Notes: generated by a model not told the origin, from the sequence alone. Numbered from the stretch's first letter, positions 38,691 to 51,666 are shown. The stretch: DNA of 64,000 nucleotides from Chiloscyllium plagiosum (GCF_004010195.1 NC_057719.1:34569692-34633691); one strand, 5' to 3'. A program made the numbers and translations.

Positions 38691-39599
38691 CTTTCTAGCC
38701 TGACATCCCCAGACCCAGATGTACCCAGACGCCTGACCAGTGGTTGTAGATTTCTTACTCCTGTGTGATTCTGCCCTTTGGAATTTTTGCCAATAGCAAT
38801 ATAGTTGGCATCTTTTTGCTGCCTTGCCCTACAAGGACCAGCTCCACGTTTCCGCCCTGCCGTAAACAATCACAGGTATTTTCTGCTTCAAGCAAATGGA
38901 ACACAATGCAAAGTATATCTGTATATCAGCAAGTTCTTTTTGTCTCAATTTTTCATCTGAGGCATAATTTTACGGGAGTTGTAAAGTTAAAAATTTGAGA
39001 TGGATTTGTGGATGGATTATATTGCAGAGAGACCATCTAAAACCAACCAGAAATGATAACCCATTGTGTTCTTGCATAGAAAGTAACCAACAGAGAACAA
39101 TGGACTTTCTTAATACTATTTGCATAAGTAAATTTTTTGCATTAGTGAATTTTTAAAACATTTTAAATAAAAAAGTAACACTGTATCAAAAGGAGAAAGA
39201 CAGGTTAATTGTTACATCATGACAGATATATAATTACACCCAGGTCAATGCATGTTGAAATGCTGACTTGGTGCATCCTTACAACACTTGTAACTTTTTA
39301 TTAACTTGTAATTTAAATATTTTTCATACATGTATTTATTCCTGTTGCAAATTTAGTCCAATGGAATTGAATGCAATTGTGATAGTGAAGCATGTTAGCA
39401 AAAGGAATTGAACTGCTGACCTTTAATGATAGGTCAGAATTTAGCTCCACTTGATCTAAAGCAAATTGGCTGCCAGATTCCACCAGGGCACAATTTACAT
39501 TTAAGGAAGAGTGGTAGATCATTTTTGTGTATGGGTGTGTATGAGCTGTTTCCAGCTCAAAGTCATATAGTGTAAATGAGAACAGACACTTCTCTGGTC

Positions 39600-40350
39600 T
39601 AAGTAGAAGAATCTTGGTGAGGGAATAATAGGAAGTGTATTACATTACTGTGGAGACTTACAGATTCCATAAATATGAGTTACATTAATACAGAGACTGT
39701 TAGAGTCCACTTGTGGTAACACAGATGGATGAGGTGGTCAAGAATGCATACAGCGCACTTAACCCTCAAAGGCCCAGGTTCGATTATAAAAGTTGGCAAG
39801 TCATGTTACAGTGGTATAAAATGTTAGTTAGGCCACATCTGGAATATTCCATGTAGTTCTAGTCGTCACCCGACAAAGACTTGGATGCTTAGGAGAGGGT
39901 GCATAGAATGTTTACCAGGATGTTGCCTGGTTTGGACGGTTTTAGTAATGAGGAGAGGTTGGATAAACTCAGATTGTTTTCACTGAAAGACAGAGGCTGA
40001 GGGGTGGTCTGATGAAGATCTACAAAATAATGAGGGGCATAGAGAGGTTGGGTATTCAAAGACTATTTCCCAGGGTGGAAAAGTCAACTACAAGAGGGAA
40101 AGGCTTAAGGTGAGAGGGGGGAAGTTTAGAAGTTAAGTGTAGGGAAAGATTTTCACACAGAGGGTGGTGGGTGACTGCCAGTGGATGTAGTGGAGGCAGA
40201 CACATTAACATCACTTAAGGCGTTTCTTGATAGACGCATGAATTAGAGGCGAACAGAGGGATAGGGCAATAAGTAGCGGGTATAAATAAGGACTAGGAAT
40301 CAGCACAGGTTTGGTGGGCCGAAGGGCCTGTTCCTGCACTATATTGTATA
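39600..40350 (+). mobile_element. CR1-like LINE 3' fragment
   Basis: YKMLVRPHLEY, ERVHRMFTRMLPGL, KIFTQRVVG; tail GGGCCGAAGGGCCTGTTCC. Confidence 0.85.
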
Positions 40351-42107
40351 AACTCAGATTTGTCTACTACCACTCAGACTTTTACACCGACCAAATCCTC
40401 ATGGCTTCATCACAGTGGAAGGTACTTACTGCACTTAATCTGTAACATTTTCAGACATCATTCCAGATGTGACATTTCCCCAATGTATGAATATACTATT
40501 ACAGTCTTTATTTATTTATATATTTACATTTGCCACTATCCCTTCTCTCCCCAAGTCTTTGACTTCACAAAGATGATCTGGAGGTTTTTCTAATCTCCCT
40601 AAACATGTTACCTTTGGTCTTAGAAGAATGATAATTTGTGGGATAGAAAGTCATGACTTGTACTAATTTGCTGATGGTCTGGGGCCTGTGGTTCTCTGTG
40701 GAACTCAAAGGCCTTTAAACTTTCTCTTTTTATCCACAAGGAACATACATCCACAGTATATGACTGTCCGTAAGGCCCCAACTATATCAGATGTTTCTTT
40801 GCAACAGTTTGGATGTTCGATTGTTATATGCCTATTATTAGTGGTATCTTCTGTAGAGTTGTATTCACCAAATCTCTAATTTCTGCCCCTTTATTGAGTG
40901 GTTTGATACCACATTATAACTTTGAGTCATTTACACTGGCCATGGAAGAATCAAAGTCAAGTAGTGCCCTCAGGCTTGGATGTCAAAGTAATACTATTTA
41001 TTATATATTACTACTAATTATCCAACATAGGGCAGTCATGAATATACCAGGCTCTATCTTATTGTTACATTAGGTAACGACTAATCTACCTTCATCATGA
41101 GTTCATGTCCATGTGCTGGTGTGAGTCTTCCATGTAGTCTAGTGGAATTTCTTCTAGTGTGTTCTAACTCTGCCTACACCGCTATTAATGCTCAGTGATG
41201 TGTAACTCTATGACATCATTACAAGGTTGTTTCTGGGTCCTGAATTCCTGAAGTAATGCCATTAGAATTTATTCCTCATTCGGCCTGTAGATCTGTGCTG
41301 AACTGGATCAGCTTATTACATCATTCTCTTGAATATTTTGAGCTCTCTCCTTCTCTTTCAGGAATCAAATTATTAATGAAACTATCTCATTGACTTCCTC
41401 AGTATTCTTCTTGGAGATGCATTCTTATTCAATATAATATTGTTATTCATTGTTGTTGGGGAACAAGTGGGGAAGGTTGGACATTTTGCTTGAACTTGTC
41501 CCCTCTTAGTCAACCCAGTCCCTAAAGGCAGCCTTAATTTTGCAGATAAACGTTCATAGTAGCATGGGGAAAGCTGATTTAACTCATTTGCAGATGCTTC
41601 CATTGTCTGTTCATCACAATACACCTTCAAATAATATAGATACTTCAGTTGCTGCCTCTTTGCATGCACTTCTTCTCAAACTTCATTGCCACTTGGAATC
41701 TAAACTCTCTTCAGCTTAAAAAGCAGTAGGAACTTTCTTTGCAACCAAGTTACTATAGTCACAGCTATCTATCTTATTTACATTATGAAACAAAAGTTTC
41801 ATTCCAATATAACTCACCTCAGGAGTTTCACTTTTTGTCTATGTTCCAACATAAGTTTCTGGAATCCAGCAAAGTTTTCTACCAGCTTTCCTTGGTATTT
41901 TGTTGTTTAGCCTTTCCCTTTTGAATGAGATTGAGGTCAATACATGTCCTTCTGCTGAGGAATTAAAATGTTTGGTTGTGAAGTGTATACTTCTGGACTT
42001 CGAGCTTTCTTTGTATTCAGTGTCCCCTATGTTGGAGAACTGGTTATTGCACACCTTTAACATTAAATGCTCAGAACCATGTCATTGAACTGCCAATAAT
42101 AAACAGT

Positions 42108-42213
42108 TAAAAATCACACAACACCAGGTTATAGTCCAACAGGTTTAATTGGAAGCACACTAGATTTCGGAGCGACGATCCTTCATCAGGTGATTCATCA
42201 GGCATCTCCAAAT
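42108..42213 (-). mobile_element. Penelope-associated short element with hammerhead core
   Basis: Minus strand CCTGATGAAGGATCGTCGCTCCGAAATCTAG; perfect 14-bp TSD CAATAATAAACAGT at 42094-42107 and 42214-42227. Confidence 0.8.
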
Positions 42214-42339
42214 CAATAATAAACAGTGCTGTGTTAACCAGGGCTTACTATCTGATGCCTGTTCCCATGTTTAACTTGAATTTTGTGAGACGACAACATG
42301 CTTGTATTTGCCCAATTGCTATAGGTGGAAGTACTCACC

Positions 42340-43450
42340 ACTGATGGGATTTTCTGGGATTCTTGGCATTAGTACCATATTTAATATGCCATTATGTACC
42401 TGGTTGAGTGCTGGCAGTCTAGTGCTGCCCTACACAGTTTGACTCATTTGCCCCAGACATGCCAAATAATGGCAAATTGGCACCATACTTTGTAAACAGG
42501 GACCTGGAGGCCCTGGTTGATGGGGTGGCACAGATGATGTCTGTCCTCTTCTCCCAGGACTGGCAGAGCAGGTCACAACACCAGACCATGCCAACCTGGG
42601 AAAGTGCAGTTTCCACAGTACAGAGATTCCACCAGCAGAGTTGGGTGGAGCTCAGTGACCTGCGTTCTCCAGGGTAAGTGTCACCATCTTCCTACCTCAT
42701 ATTCTTTCAATCTCTGCCACCGCACCCACTGCCCACCAACACAGTTCCTGCATGACCACTTACACCATTGCAGTAACATTTTCCCTCACTCACTCTACCT
42801 ACTCAAATCCCCACAATGTTAAATCTACACAGTCTCTGTACTTCCTACTCACTCATTCAGGACTCCTCACCGCCTTTATCTCACCCTTATCAGTTGCGCC
42901 ATGCACTTTCATCTCACTCAATCCCTCTGTTTATCTCATTCCAGGATAAAACCGCCTGTACTAATGCACAGAGAGCCAGTGCAGTTGATGGGGCACCTGA
43001 TATATGGCTCCCCACCCCATTGAAGAGACAATTCAGGTACATACCAGCAAGCTCTGGGACTGCACAGGAGATTCTGAAACCTCCACATTCCACCAACACA
43101 TAAAACATACATAGTAGTGCTACCTTCCAATTACTGCCCAGTATTACTGTACCCTTCACATGACCGATTTTTCACCCCTCGCTTGGGGCAAATTTTGGCC
43201 TCCATGAGTACAAGTGGCATCAGCAGTTTCTCAACAGCCTAGAGGCATCTCCTCTATCACCTCAGAGGAAGAATTAGCAAAACTGCCTCTAGACACATTT
43301 GTCCCTGGGATCATCTGACCAAACTTCCAAAGCCAACAGACTCCTCTGTTGGCTAGGCTCCCCTTATCACAGCTGCAGATCCCAGAACAATACCAAAATG
43401 TAACAGAAGGGCAAGAAAGACAACCTTAGGAGGACACATTTGTTAATAAA
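42340..43450 (+). mobile_element. Decayed Harbinger-type Myb/SANT gene with introns
   Basis: ORF from 42459 MPNNGKLAPYFVNRDLEALVDGVAQMMSVLFSQDWQSRSQHQTMPTW, donor GTAAGT at 42674; acceptor CAG at 42944 then DKTACTNAQRASAVDGAPDIWLPTP. Confidence 0.65.
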
Positions 43451-43749
43451 TATTCATTTATCACAATCATGACTGTAAGCGAATGTCTGTCCAGTTGCAG
43501 TTAAAGACTGAACATGCAAAGCCTAACCATTCTTCAGTGCTACATGAGGTTTTATTGTCCAAGGTGCAAAGTGAGCAGCACCTGCTCCTGTACCATGTGA
43601 AGCCTATGGGAAATATTGCGAACAAATAGTGATGGCTACTTTGGCAGCTCAAGGGAATCTTTTCAGGCCTTGATTGCTTGTGTGTTACAGCCATTAGCTG
43701 GATTTATTCCTGATGCTACATGCTACGATCAAGAATGCTTAGAGACAGG

Positions 43750-45620
43750 AATTGGTCTCCAAATAGTAAATTAATGTTTAAGATTTATAAAGCATGCCGC
43801 TGGACTGTTTCCAATTCAGTGTATCAGTGTCAGTATAGTACTATTACAGTATCTCACGACTTGAGGTGTTGGAGATGGTGTCCATGACAGAGGACCAGAG
43901 AGTCACCAGATAACCACTCTGACCTTCATGTCGGGAACTATCGCCATCTAGCTCCAAGCTGACAGGTAGGAAAATGTTAAAGGTGCACATTAAGAAGGTG
44001 AGATTGTATAATAATCACACGCTGATGCATGTAAATAGGATTCTCACAGTTCACAAGCAAGAAACTTGCTTGTTCCATTCAACACTTGGTTGCAAAATGG
44101 GATGTTTTGCTCTCAACATTCCAAATCTCTTGCTAGTAATTTCACATGATTTTCACAACTTTTCTTCCAAGGCCCACATCATTCAGGAGCTGGGAAGATT
44201 CCATCCATTGTTTAGCAAGTTACTATCTCATTTTGATAGAATTTATTTCAGAGCCTTTAAGAAAGACAGAATATTACGCTTCATTCTTTCAAGATCCTAA
44301 GGTGTTCTGTCCTCAAAATGATAAGACATCATCATAGTGAATGGTGATTGTGGCACTCCTCTGTATAAATCGTTTTGGACGTATGTATAACAATTTTAAG
44401 CCACCTGACTTCCATCACTCCATTTGTCTATATAGTTCATTAATAAAGTCATCTCAGGATTCCCATGGATGCTATATTCTTCAATTAAATAATGTTCTTT
44501 CAACAATTTCAGGATGTGAGGTTCTGGATCTGAGGTTGAAATAATTGTCAAAGACTTTCAGTATCTCTTTCAATATCTCTGTTACTTCTTTTATTCCTTG
44601 ATGAATAAATAATATGGTCTTCTATACTTCTAATTGTGTACAGCAGTGTAATTACTTGTTCAGCTTCTAGCTTAACATCCAGTTTAGAAGTTATTCTATA
44701 TTATTCTATACTATTCTCCAGGATGTCCAATGTTTTCCATCTCTAATACTAAGTCTGCTTGACATTGTTACTTTTGTTGCCAAAGATTCTCAATTCATTC
44801 AGTATTTTATCTTCTTTTATTTTGCATTAATAGCAATTCTCCCATATGTTGCTGTGTTCTAGGGAGTATTTGTGCTATTTGTGGCTGTAAAGGAGGATTC
44901 TTTCATTTCACAGCTGTGATGAGGATTATGTGTTTTTTCCTGATTTAGATGGAGTCTCATAAGAAAAAGCAGTTGTAGAGCAGAATCATCACTTCTTTAA
45001 ATTGTCCAACGTCTATTGCCTTTAAATGATTGAGTTCATAATTTCCCTGGCCATTCCCAGATTATTTGAGTTTCTCCACTGGCCTGTTAGTTCCATGATT
45101 TAATAGCCATAACTCATGAAAATTACACAGTACTGCAGTAACACTCAATCTGACTTTCAACTAATCTTTTAAATTCTCCCTTTTTTTAGCCTGAATTACA
45201 GCATCATATAATGTTTCTGCACTTGTAGCAGAGACTTTTAGTATTGACTCTCACAATTTCTGATGTCTTCATTCACCGGCGTACCTCAGACTCAAGACCA
45301 CTGCTGCCCAATGCAGTCTGTATCATGGCCTGTGCCTTGAAGTGCAGATTTCTTCTGTTTCAGTGTCTGTCTGAGTCCAAAATGTTTTCTGTTGTTCTTT
45401 GATGTAGTCTGCAGTGTTGAATATTGCCTCAAGGTAATTTGGGGGTTTGCTGTGTTTGGCAATGAACAATATCAGATTTCTTTAAAGTCTATGGTTAACC
45501 ATCATGATTGTTTCATTGGGATTGGTGCTGCGAAATTATATTATTAGGTCTCATACTGATCACCATGTTGTACGTGCCTGTTCTTTCAAGCCCAACATGA
45601 TATAGTGTGGATGAGGATAG
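43750..45620 (-). mobile_element. Possible very old DNA transposase fossil (hAT-like)
   Basis: Only short minus-strand peptides near 45.2-45.3 kb (VVLSLRYAGE, LKVSATSAETLYDAVIQA) recall hAT transposases; weak. Confidence 0.3.
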
Positions 45621-45838
45621 CAACTTTTCTGGACTAACTGAAAGAGGCTTTGTTCAATAAGCAATTGGAATTTTATTGCTTCACTACAACTATTTAAAGA
45701 GTAAATAAATATGACCTACATTATCTCAGAGAATTTTAGGAGCACAACAAGGTATCCCTTAGATGTTTACTGTACCAGCTCCTACTTTGCTCTCACCCAG
45801 TCCTTGTGGAATATCACACTAAATGGTGTTTATTGCAC

Positions 45839-46148
45839 TTAGATTAGATTACTTACAATGTGGAAACAGGCCCTTTGGCCCAACAAGTCCACACCGACCT
45901 TCTGAAGAGCAACCCATTCTCCTACATTTACCCCTCCACCTAACACTATGGGCAATTTAGCATGGCCAATTCACCTGACCTGCACATTTTTGGACTGTGG
46001 GAGGAAACCAGAGCACCCGGAGGAAACCCACGCAGACACAGGGAGAATGTGCAAACTCCACACAGACAGTTGCCTGAGGTGGGAATTGAAACCAGGCCCC
46101 TGGCGCTGTGAGGCAGCAGTGCTAACCACTGAACCACTGCACCACCCA
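45839..46148 (-). mobile_element. HE1 SINE
   Basis: High similarity to 25052-25370. Confidence 0.95.
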
Positions 46149-46276
46149 CTTAAGTATTAACACTTTCCAAACTATATACAACAGATATCATAAATTTATT
46201 CTTATATATTCAGTATATCTATTTACTTTAGCTAAGAAGCACAGGCTTTGCACAGCTGAGTCCATAGTCATTAAAA

Positions 46277-46603
46277 TTCATAGAATCTTTACAGTGTGGA
46301 AACAGGTCATTTGGTCCAACAAGTCCACACCGACCCTCCAAAAAGCATCCCACCCAGACCCATTCCCCTGAATAATGCACCTAGCCTACACATCCCTGAA
46401 CACTATGAACAATTTAGAATAGCCAATTCAGCTAACCTGCACATTTTTTTGGAATATGGGAGGAAACCAGAGCACCTGGAGGAAACTCATGCAAACACGA
46501 TGAGAATGTGCAAACTCCACACAGATAATCGCCCGAGGCTGGAATCAAACCTGGGTCCTGGCGATGTGGGGCAGCAGTACTAACTACTGAGCCACAGTGC
46601 CAT
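46277..46603 (-). mobile_element. HE1 SINE (older subfamily)
   Basis: Box A/B, V-domain, tail ...CCACACTGTAAAGATTCTATG on the minus strand. Confidence 0.9.
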
Positions 46604-46779
46604 CCTTGGCTAAATCTCAATTACAACAGTTTGATGTTTCCATAAGTAAATCTATATATGTGTATACACCTTTACTATCTAGTACACCTGCCTTCAGCCT
46701 CAGGCTGAATGTGAGTATACACTACCACAGTATCCTGTTTGGTCCTGAGGCCACATTCAATGCTGCTCTGTTCCATTCG

Positions 46780-47270
46780 ATAAACCACCTGCTTTCAGCT
46801 CTACAGTATGATGAAAGGCCACTTCTAGCTCAACCTACCAGCTGCTAACACCCTCATCCATCATTTGTCACCTCTAGACTTGACAATTAAAATGTTTTCT
46901 GGCCTCCTCCTCCTCCATAAATTTCAACTCTCCTGTCTATATTGTAGCCAATTCCTGTTCACCCTTGGCCTGTCCCCTCACTGACCTAGATTAGGTCCCT
47001 GTTACCTAATGTCTCAAATTTAGAAATTCTCATCTTCAGCGTTTAAATGCTTTCATGACCTTGCCTCCTTTGTATTTCCCTCACCCTTTAACCCACTATT
47101 GGGCACTCATGTCTTTAGCTACACAGGTTCCACAGTTTGGAATTACTTTCGTATAACCCTTAGTCTCTCCACTTCCTTCCAAATCTTTAAAACACATTTC
47201 TGTGAACAAGGTTTTAATTACCCTTCCTAATGGCTCATGTTCTCACTCAGTATGTTTTTTTTTCCCTTCC
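46780..47270 (+). mobile_element. L2-clade LINE 3' fossil
   Basis: FVTSRLD, LTDLD..P, ILIF..FKCFHDLA and FKTHFCEQGF remnants fit the L2 ORF2 C-terminus. Confidence 0.6.
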
Positions 47271-47289
47271 AGTCCTGTAATTGGGTTAT

Positions 47290-47507
47290 AAGATAAAGTA
47301 ACCTTGGTTCCAGTGGGCCACTTTCACATTAGAGAGAGGTGACTGGCAGTGGCTCAAGCTGAAAGTCACCATACCTCAGGCAAGGGGCAAGGTTGAGAAG
47401 GAGAATCCTTCATATAACCACAGCTGGTGCAGGAATCGAGTCTATGCTATTGGTATCACTCTGCATTACAAATCAGCCGTCCAGCCAACTGAGCAAACCA
47501 ACACCCT
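47290..47507 (-). mobile_element. Short tRNA-derived SINE (non-HE1)
   Basis: Minus-strand box A TGCTCAGTTGG and box B GACTCGATTCC; perfect 12-bp TSD TAATTGGGTTAT at 47278-47289 and 47508-47519. Confidence 0.75.
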
Positions 47508-48477
47508 TAATTGGGTTATGGTTCAATATTAGAACATTATGGAATACAAAAACCAAATAAATGTGCAAATTGCTATTTCTTTGATTGGAATTTTCCATTA
47601 CTTATACTGGGTAATTCATGCTGTGGATTCACCATTGGGGTAATGAAATGAAACTTTGTGATTTGATTTTTTTGAGGGGATATCATTGCCATTGAATAAA
47701 ACTAGTTTTGTTTTCATTATATGAGCACTAAAGATAGTGACCGTTATATTATTATCTTCATACACCATCTGCAAAATGCAGTTAACACAGCCCTGAGCAG
47801 CATCCAATAAAGAGAAATGTTTATCTTCCTATTTGACCTAAGCTCTGAAGATCTGAAATTAAAATGAACATCTTTAACAAAATACAACTATATTGACATA
47901 AAATTTTAATAATATAGTAAATATTTCATAATGTTTTATAAAAATGGACGCTTCAAGAGGCAAATGGTCTTAAAAATAATTTTTAGTGGAGAATGTATCC
48001 CTGAAAAATCTCATAATTAAACTGTCATCATGTCAAAGAAAAACCAGGGTAGGCTGAAAGTAATAGGTGTCCATCATTCAGTGGAATTCAATTCAGTTCC
48101 TATTCAGCTTTGATAATGGTGTAATATAAAACACATCACTGATAGTTATTATCAAGAAAACCTAATAATTGAACTAGAATAAGGAACATCCTATTGTTCC
48201 ATGATATCCTTATTACAGTCCTCTGAATATATGCTCTTTGAGACCAATGGAAAATCTCACTATAATTAAACGTTAAAGAAAGTACTGCATTATCACTGTC
48301 CAAATGCATTTTGAAAAGGGTACAGTCAACAAGAGGAGCAGACATTCATTCATCAGTCAAGGTCAGATCCAACTCCAAGTCCCAGAGTTTTAAGAGGCAT
48401 TCTAAATGTAAATTTACATTGTGTGAATTTACATAGTGAACCCCCCAGCTCCAGTCAGATTCAGCATCAGTTCTCGT

Positions 48478-48678
48478 GTCCATTCCTAGTCTGATGTATC
48501 TGTCAGAAATGCTGTTTAGCTCTCAATCTTGAAGTATCTCACCTTTTTTACAGACCCGGGTTCAATTCCCGCCTCAGGCGACTGACTGTGTGGAGTTTGC
48601 AGTCCATTCCTAGTCTGATGTATCTGTCAGAAATGCTGTTTAGCTCTCAATCTTGAAGTATCTCACCTTTTTTACAGA
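48478..48678 (+). repeat. Perfect 77-bp direct duplication flanking a 47-bp HE1 internal fragment
   Basis: 48478-48554 is identical to 48602-48678; the insert CCCGGGTTCAATTCCCGCCTCAGGCGACTGACTGTGTGGAGTTTGCA is the HE1 box-B region. Confidence 0.95.
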
Positions 48679-49182
48679 AGTAACTTATTACTGATCTTTA
48701 CAAAATTGCATAATCAATTTCATTGAACTAAATAAATATTATTAGATTCATTTTTGGCATTATGAAGTATTTTGACCTAAGTCAAACATAACCATCACCA
48801 ATAATTAACACACATTTATTGAGACCAAAACAAAGCAATATGTTTAGGAAATAATTATTAGTAATAAATTATTCTAAAACAATTGGCTATGATTAATTTG
48901 AAGATCCAACATGAATATGTTGAATACTTGAGGAACCCAGTGGGCTCTATGACCTACTCCTGATTAATGCAATGATTTTCAGCGGATACCATTTCAGCAA
49001 ATTCTTGAAGTTGTCTTTTTATCAGAAAATTGAGTCTTCATTCAAAGCAGAATTCAATATTTCATCAAACTTCTTTTTCAAATTTATATTCCCCTCAAGA
49101 CATCCTAAGGTGTTTCATACATATTTAATTATTTTAATTATCTTACATATTTTTTATTTGTAAGTAATGCTGATTTGTCCAA

Positions 49183-49474
49183 TGGCATGGTGGCTCAGTG
49201 GTTATTACTGGTCCTCACAGTGCCAAGGACCTGGGTTTAATTCCAGCCTTGGGTGACTGTGTGAAATTTTCGCATTCTCCCCATGACTGCTTGGGTTTCT
49301 GCCAGATGCTTCAGTTTCCTCCCACAGTCCAGGTTAGCTGGATTGGCCATGCTATATTGCCCATATTGTTAAGAGATATGCAGGCTAGAGGTATTAGCCA
49401 AGGGGATAGGGATGTGCCTGGGTAAGATGCTTTTCGGGGGCCAAATGGCATCTTTCTGCACTGTAGAAATTCTA
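49183..49474 (+). mobile_element. HE1 SINE (diverged)
   Basis: TGGCATGGTGGCTCAGTGGTT head; TTTCCTCCCACAGTCC; tail CACTGTAGAAATTCTAT. Confidence 0.85.
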
Positions 49475-49477
49475 TAT

Positions 49478-50060
49478 AAATGTGCAGCTGCTTTGTGCAC
49501 AGCAACATCCCAGAAATTAGGCAAGTGATCAGTTGGTCTGTTTTTGGTGTTAATTGAGAGATGCTGTATTCTTCGAACAGTAACATGGAATGCTTTACAC
49601 TCACTTGGGGTGGCATGGTGGCTCAGTGGTTAGCACTGCTGCCTCACAGTGCCAGGGGCCCAGGTTCAATTCCCATCTCGAGCAACTGTCTGTGTGGAGT
49701 TTGCACATTCTCCCAGTGTCTGCGTGGGTTTCCTCCCATAGTCCAAAGATGTGCAGGTTGGGTGAATTGGCCATGCTAAATTGCCTGTACTGTTAGGTGG
49801 ATTAGTCAGGGTAAATAAAGGGGGGTGGGTTTCTCTTCGGAGGGTCAGTGTGGATTTGATGGGCCAAAGGACCAGTTTCCACACTGTAGGTGATCTAGTC
49901 TAATCACTTGAACTGTCAGAAATAGCTTCAGTTCAATATCTCATCCAAAGAGCAAACATCTCTGACACCATGGTGCTGTCTTGAGGACTCAGTCTATTCT
50001 ACATACACAGGCCTTTAAATGCACAATCATCTGATAGAACTACTGCAAAACTAAGCTGAC
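49478..50060 (-). mobile_element. Ancient Deu-domain-like SINE (AmnSINE/SacSINE group), split by HE1
   Basis: Minus strand CTTTGGATGAGATATTGAA, CCATGTTACTGTTCGAAGAA and TTGCTGTGCACAAAGCAGCTGC resemble the Deu domain as I recall it. Confidence 0.55.
49608..49903 (+). mobile_element. HE1 SINE
   Basis: Full head to tail; TSD TCACTTG at 49601-49607 and 49904-49910. Confidence 0.95.
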
Positions 50061-50598
50061 CAGTTATCTTGCACTTTACTTTTAATAACCACGATTCAGT
50101 TTATTACCGAGTCCTTTCATGATAAACTCATTTTAATAGAAGTAAATGACAATCACTGTTGAACTTCCCAAGGGTTTACTAAGTGGTAAAGCAAATACAT
50201 CATTCAATTTAATTCGACAAATGGCAGTAATCTAGTGCCCTGTTGTCTTCTAAATGAAATCAAAGCAAGATTAGACCACTGACAAAATTTTAATCCTATG
50301 GTAAGCAATATTAAGGCTGCAGGATCATAAGGCAAGAATAACTAGTATTCTATAACAGGACATTTGAAGGCATTATGCACGACTACCTTTATGAAAATCT
50401 GTAATCAATAAGCTAACACATAGTTAACTGCAAAGATATTTGCAAGTGAATAAGCAACATCCTTTCAACTTAATTTACCTTTGTTACAACTGTTCCCAAG
50501 ATAGATATGATACAAGCCCTACCATCACAGCATGAGATACAAGTAAAATTTTGTTCCATTAATTTCTTGAACTGAATGCCACAAGTCCTTGTTGTGCT

Positions 50599-51666
50599 GA
50601 ATGTAGGTTTGCTCGCTGAGCTGGAAGGTTCATTTCCAGATGTTTTGTTACCCTACTAGGTAACATCTTCAGTTGGCCTCAGGCAAAGCAGTGCAGAAAA
50701 TTCCTGCTTTCCATTTATATGTTTGGGTTTCTTTGGGTTAGTGATGTTATTTCCTGTGTGATGTTATTTCCTGTGGTGAAGTCACTTCCTGCTCCTTTTC
50801 TCAGGGGGTGGTAGATGGGGTCTAATTCGATGTATTTGTTGATAGAGTTCCGGTTGGAATGCCATACTTCTAGAAATTATCGTGCGCATCTTTGTTTGGC
50901 TTGTCCTAGGATGTTGTCCCAGTCGAAGTGGTGTCCTTCCTTATCTGTATGTAAGGATACTAGTGAGAGCGGGTCATGACGTTTTGTGGCTAGTTGATGT
51001 TCATGTATCCTGGTGGCTAGGTTTCTGCCTGTTTGTCCAATGTAGTGTTTGTTACAGACCTTGCACGGTATTTTGTAAATGATATTAGTTTTGCTTGTTG
51101 TCAGCATAGAGTCTTTCAAGTTCTTTAACTGCTGTTTTAGTGTGTTGGTGAGTTTGTGGGCTACCATTATGCCAAGGGGTCCAAGTAGTCTGGCAGTCAT
51201 TTCCATGATGTCTTTGATGTAGGGGGGAGTGGCTAGGGTTTCTGGACATGTTCTGTCTGCTTGTTTGGGCTTGTTGCTGAGAAATCAGCGGACTGTGTTC
51301 ATTGGGTACCTATTATTTTTGAATATACGGTATAAGGTGATTTTTCTCTGCTCTGCATAGTTCCAGAGCTATCCAGAACAGAGGAAAATCACTTATACCG
51401 TGTATTCAAAAAGAATGGATATCCAAAGAACACAGTCCGCCGAGGAAAAGGAACAGGAAATGACTTCACCACAGGAAATGACATCACCAACCCAAAGAAA
51501 CCCAAACATATAAATAGAAAGCAGGAATTTTCAGCATTGCTTCACCTGAGGCCCACTGAAGATGTTACCTAGTAGGGTAACAAAACGTCTGGAAATGAAC
51601 CTTCCAGCTCAGTGAGCAAACCTATATCCAAAACCTCAACCTGAGCAACAAATCTTCTCAAAACTC
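50599..51666. mobile_element. Poseidon-type Penelope with GIY-YIG fragment (-) and inverted 3' terminus (+)
   Basis: ORF 50877-51206 NIIYKIPCKVCNKHYIGQTGRNLATRIHEH; inverted terminal repeats ~50599-50800 and ~51444-51630; hammerhead-like CTGAAGATGTTACCTAGTAGGGTAACAAAAC; TSD CCTTGT(T/A)GTGCT at 50587-50598 and 51667-51678. Confidence 0.92.
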
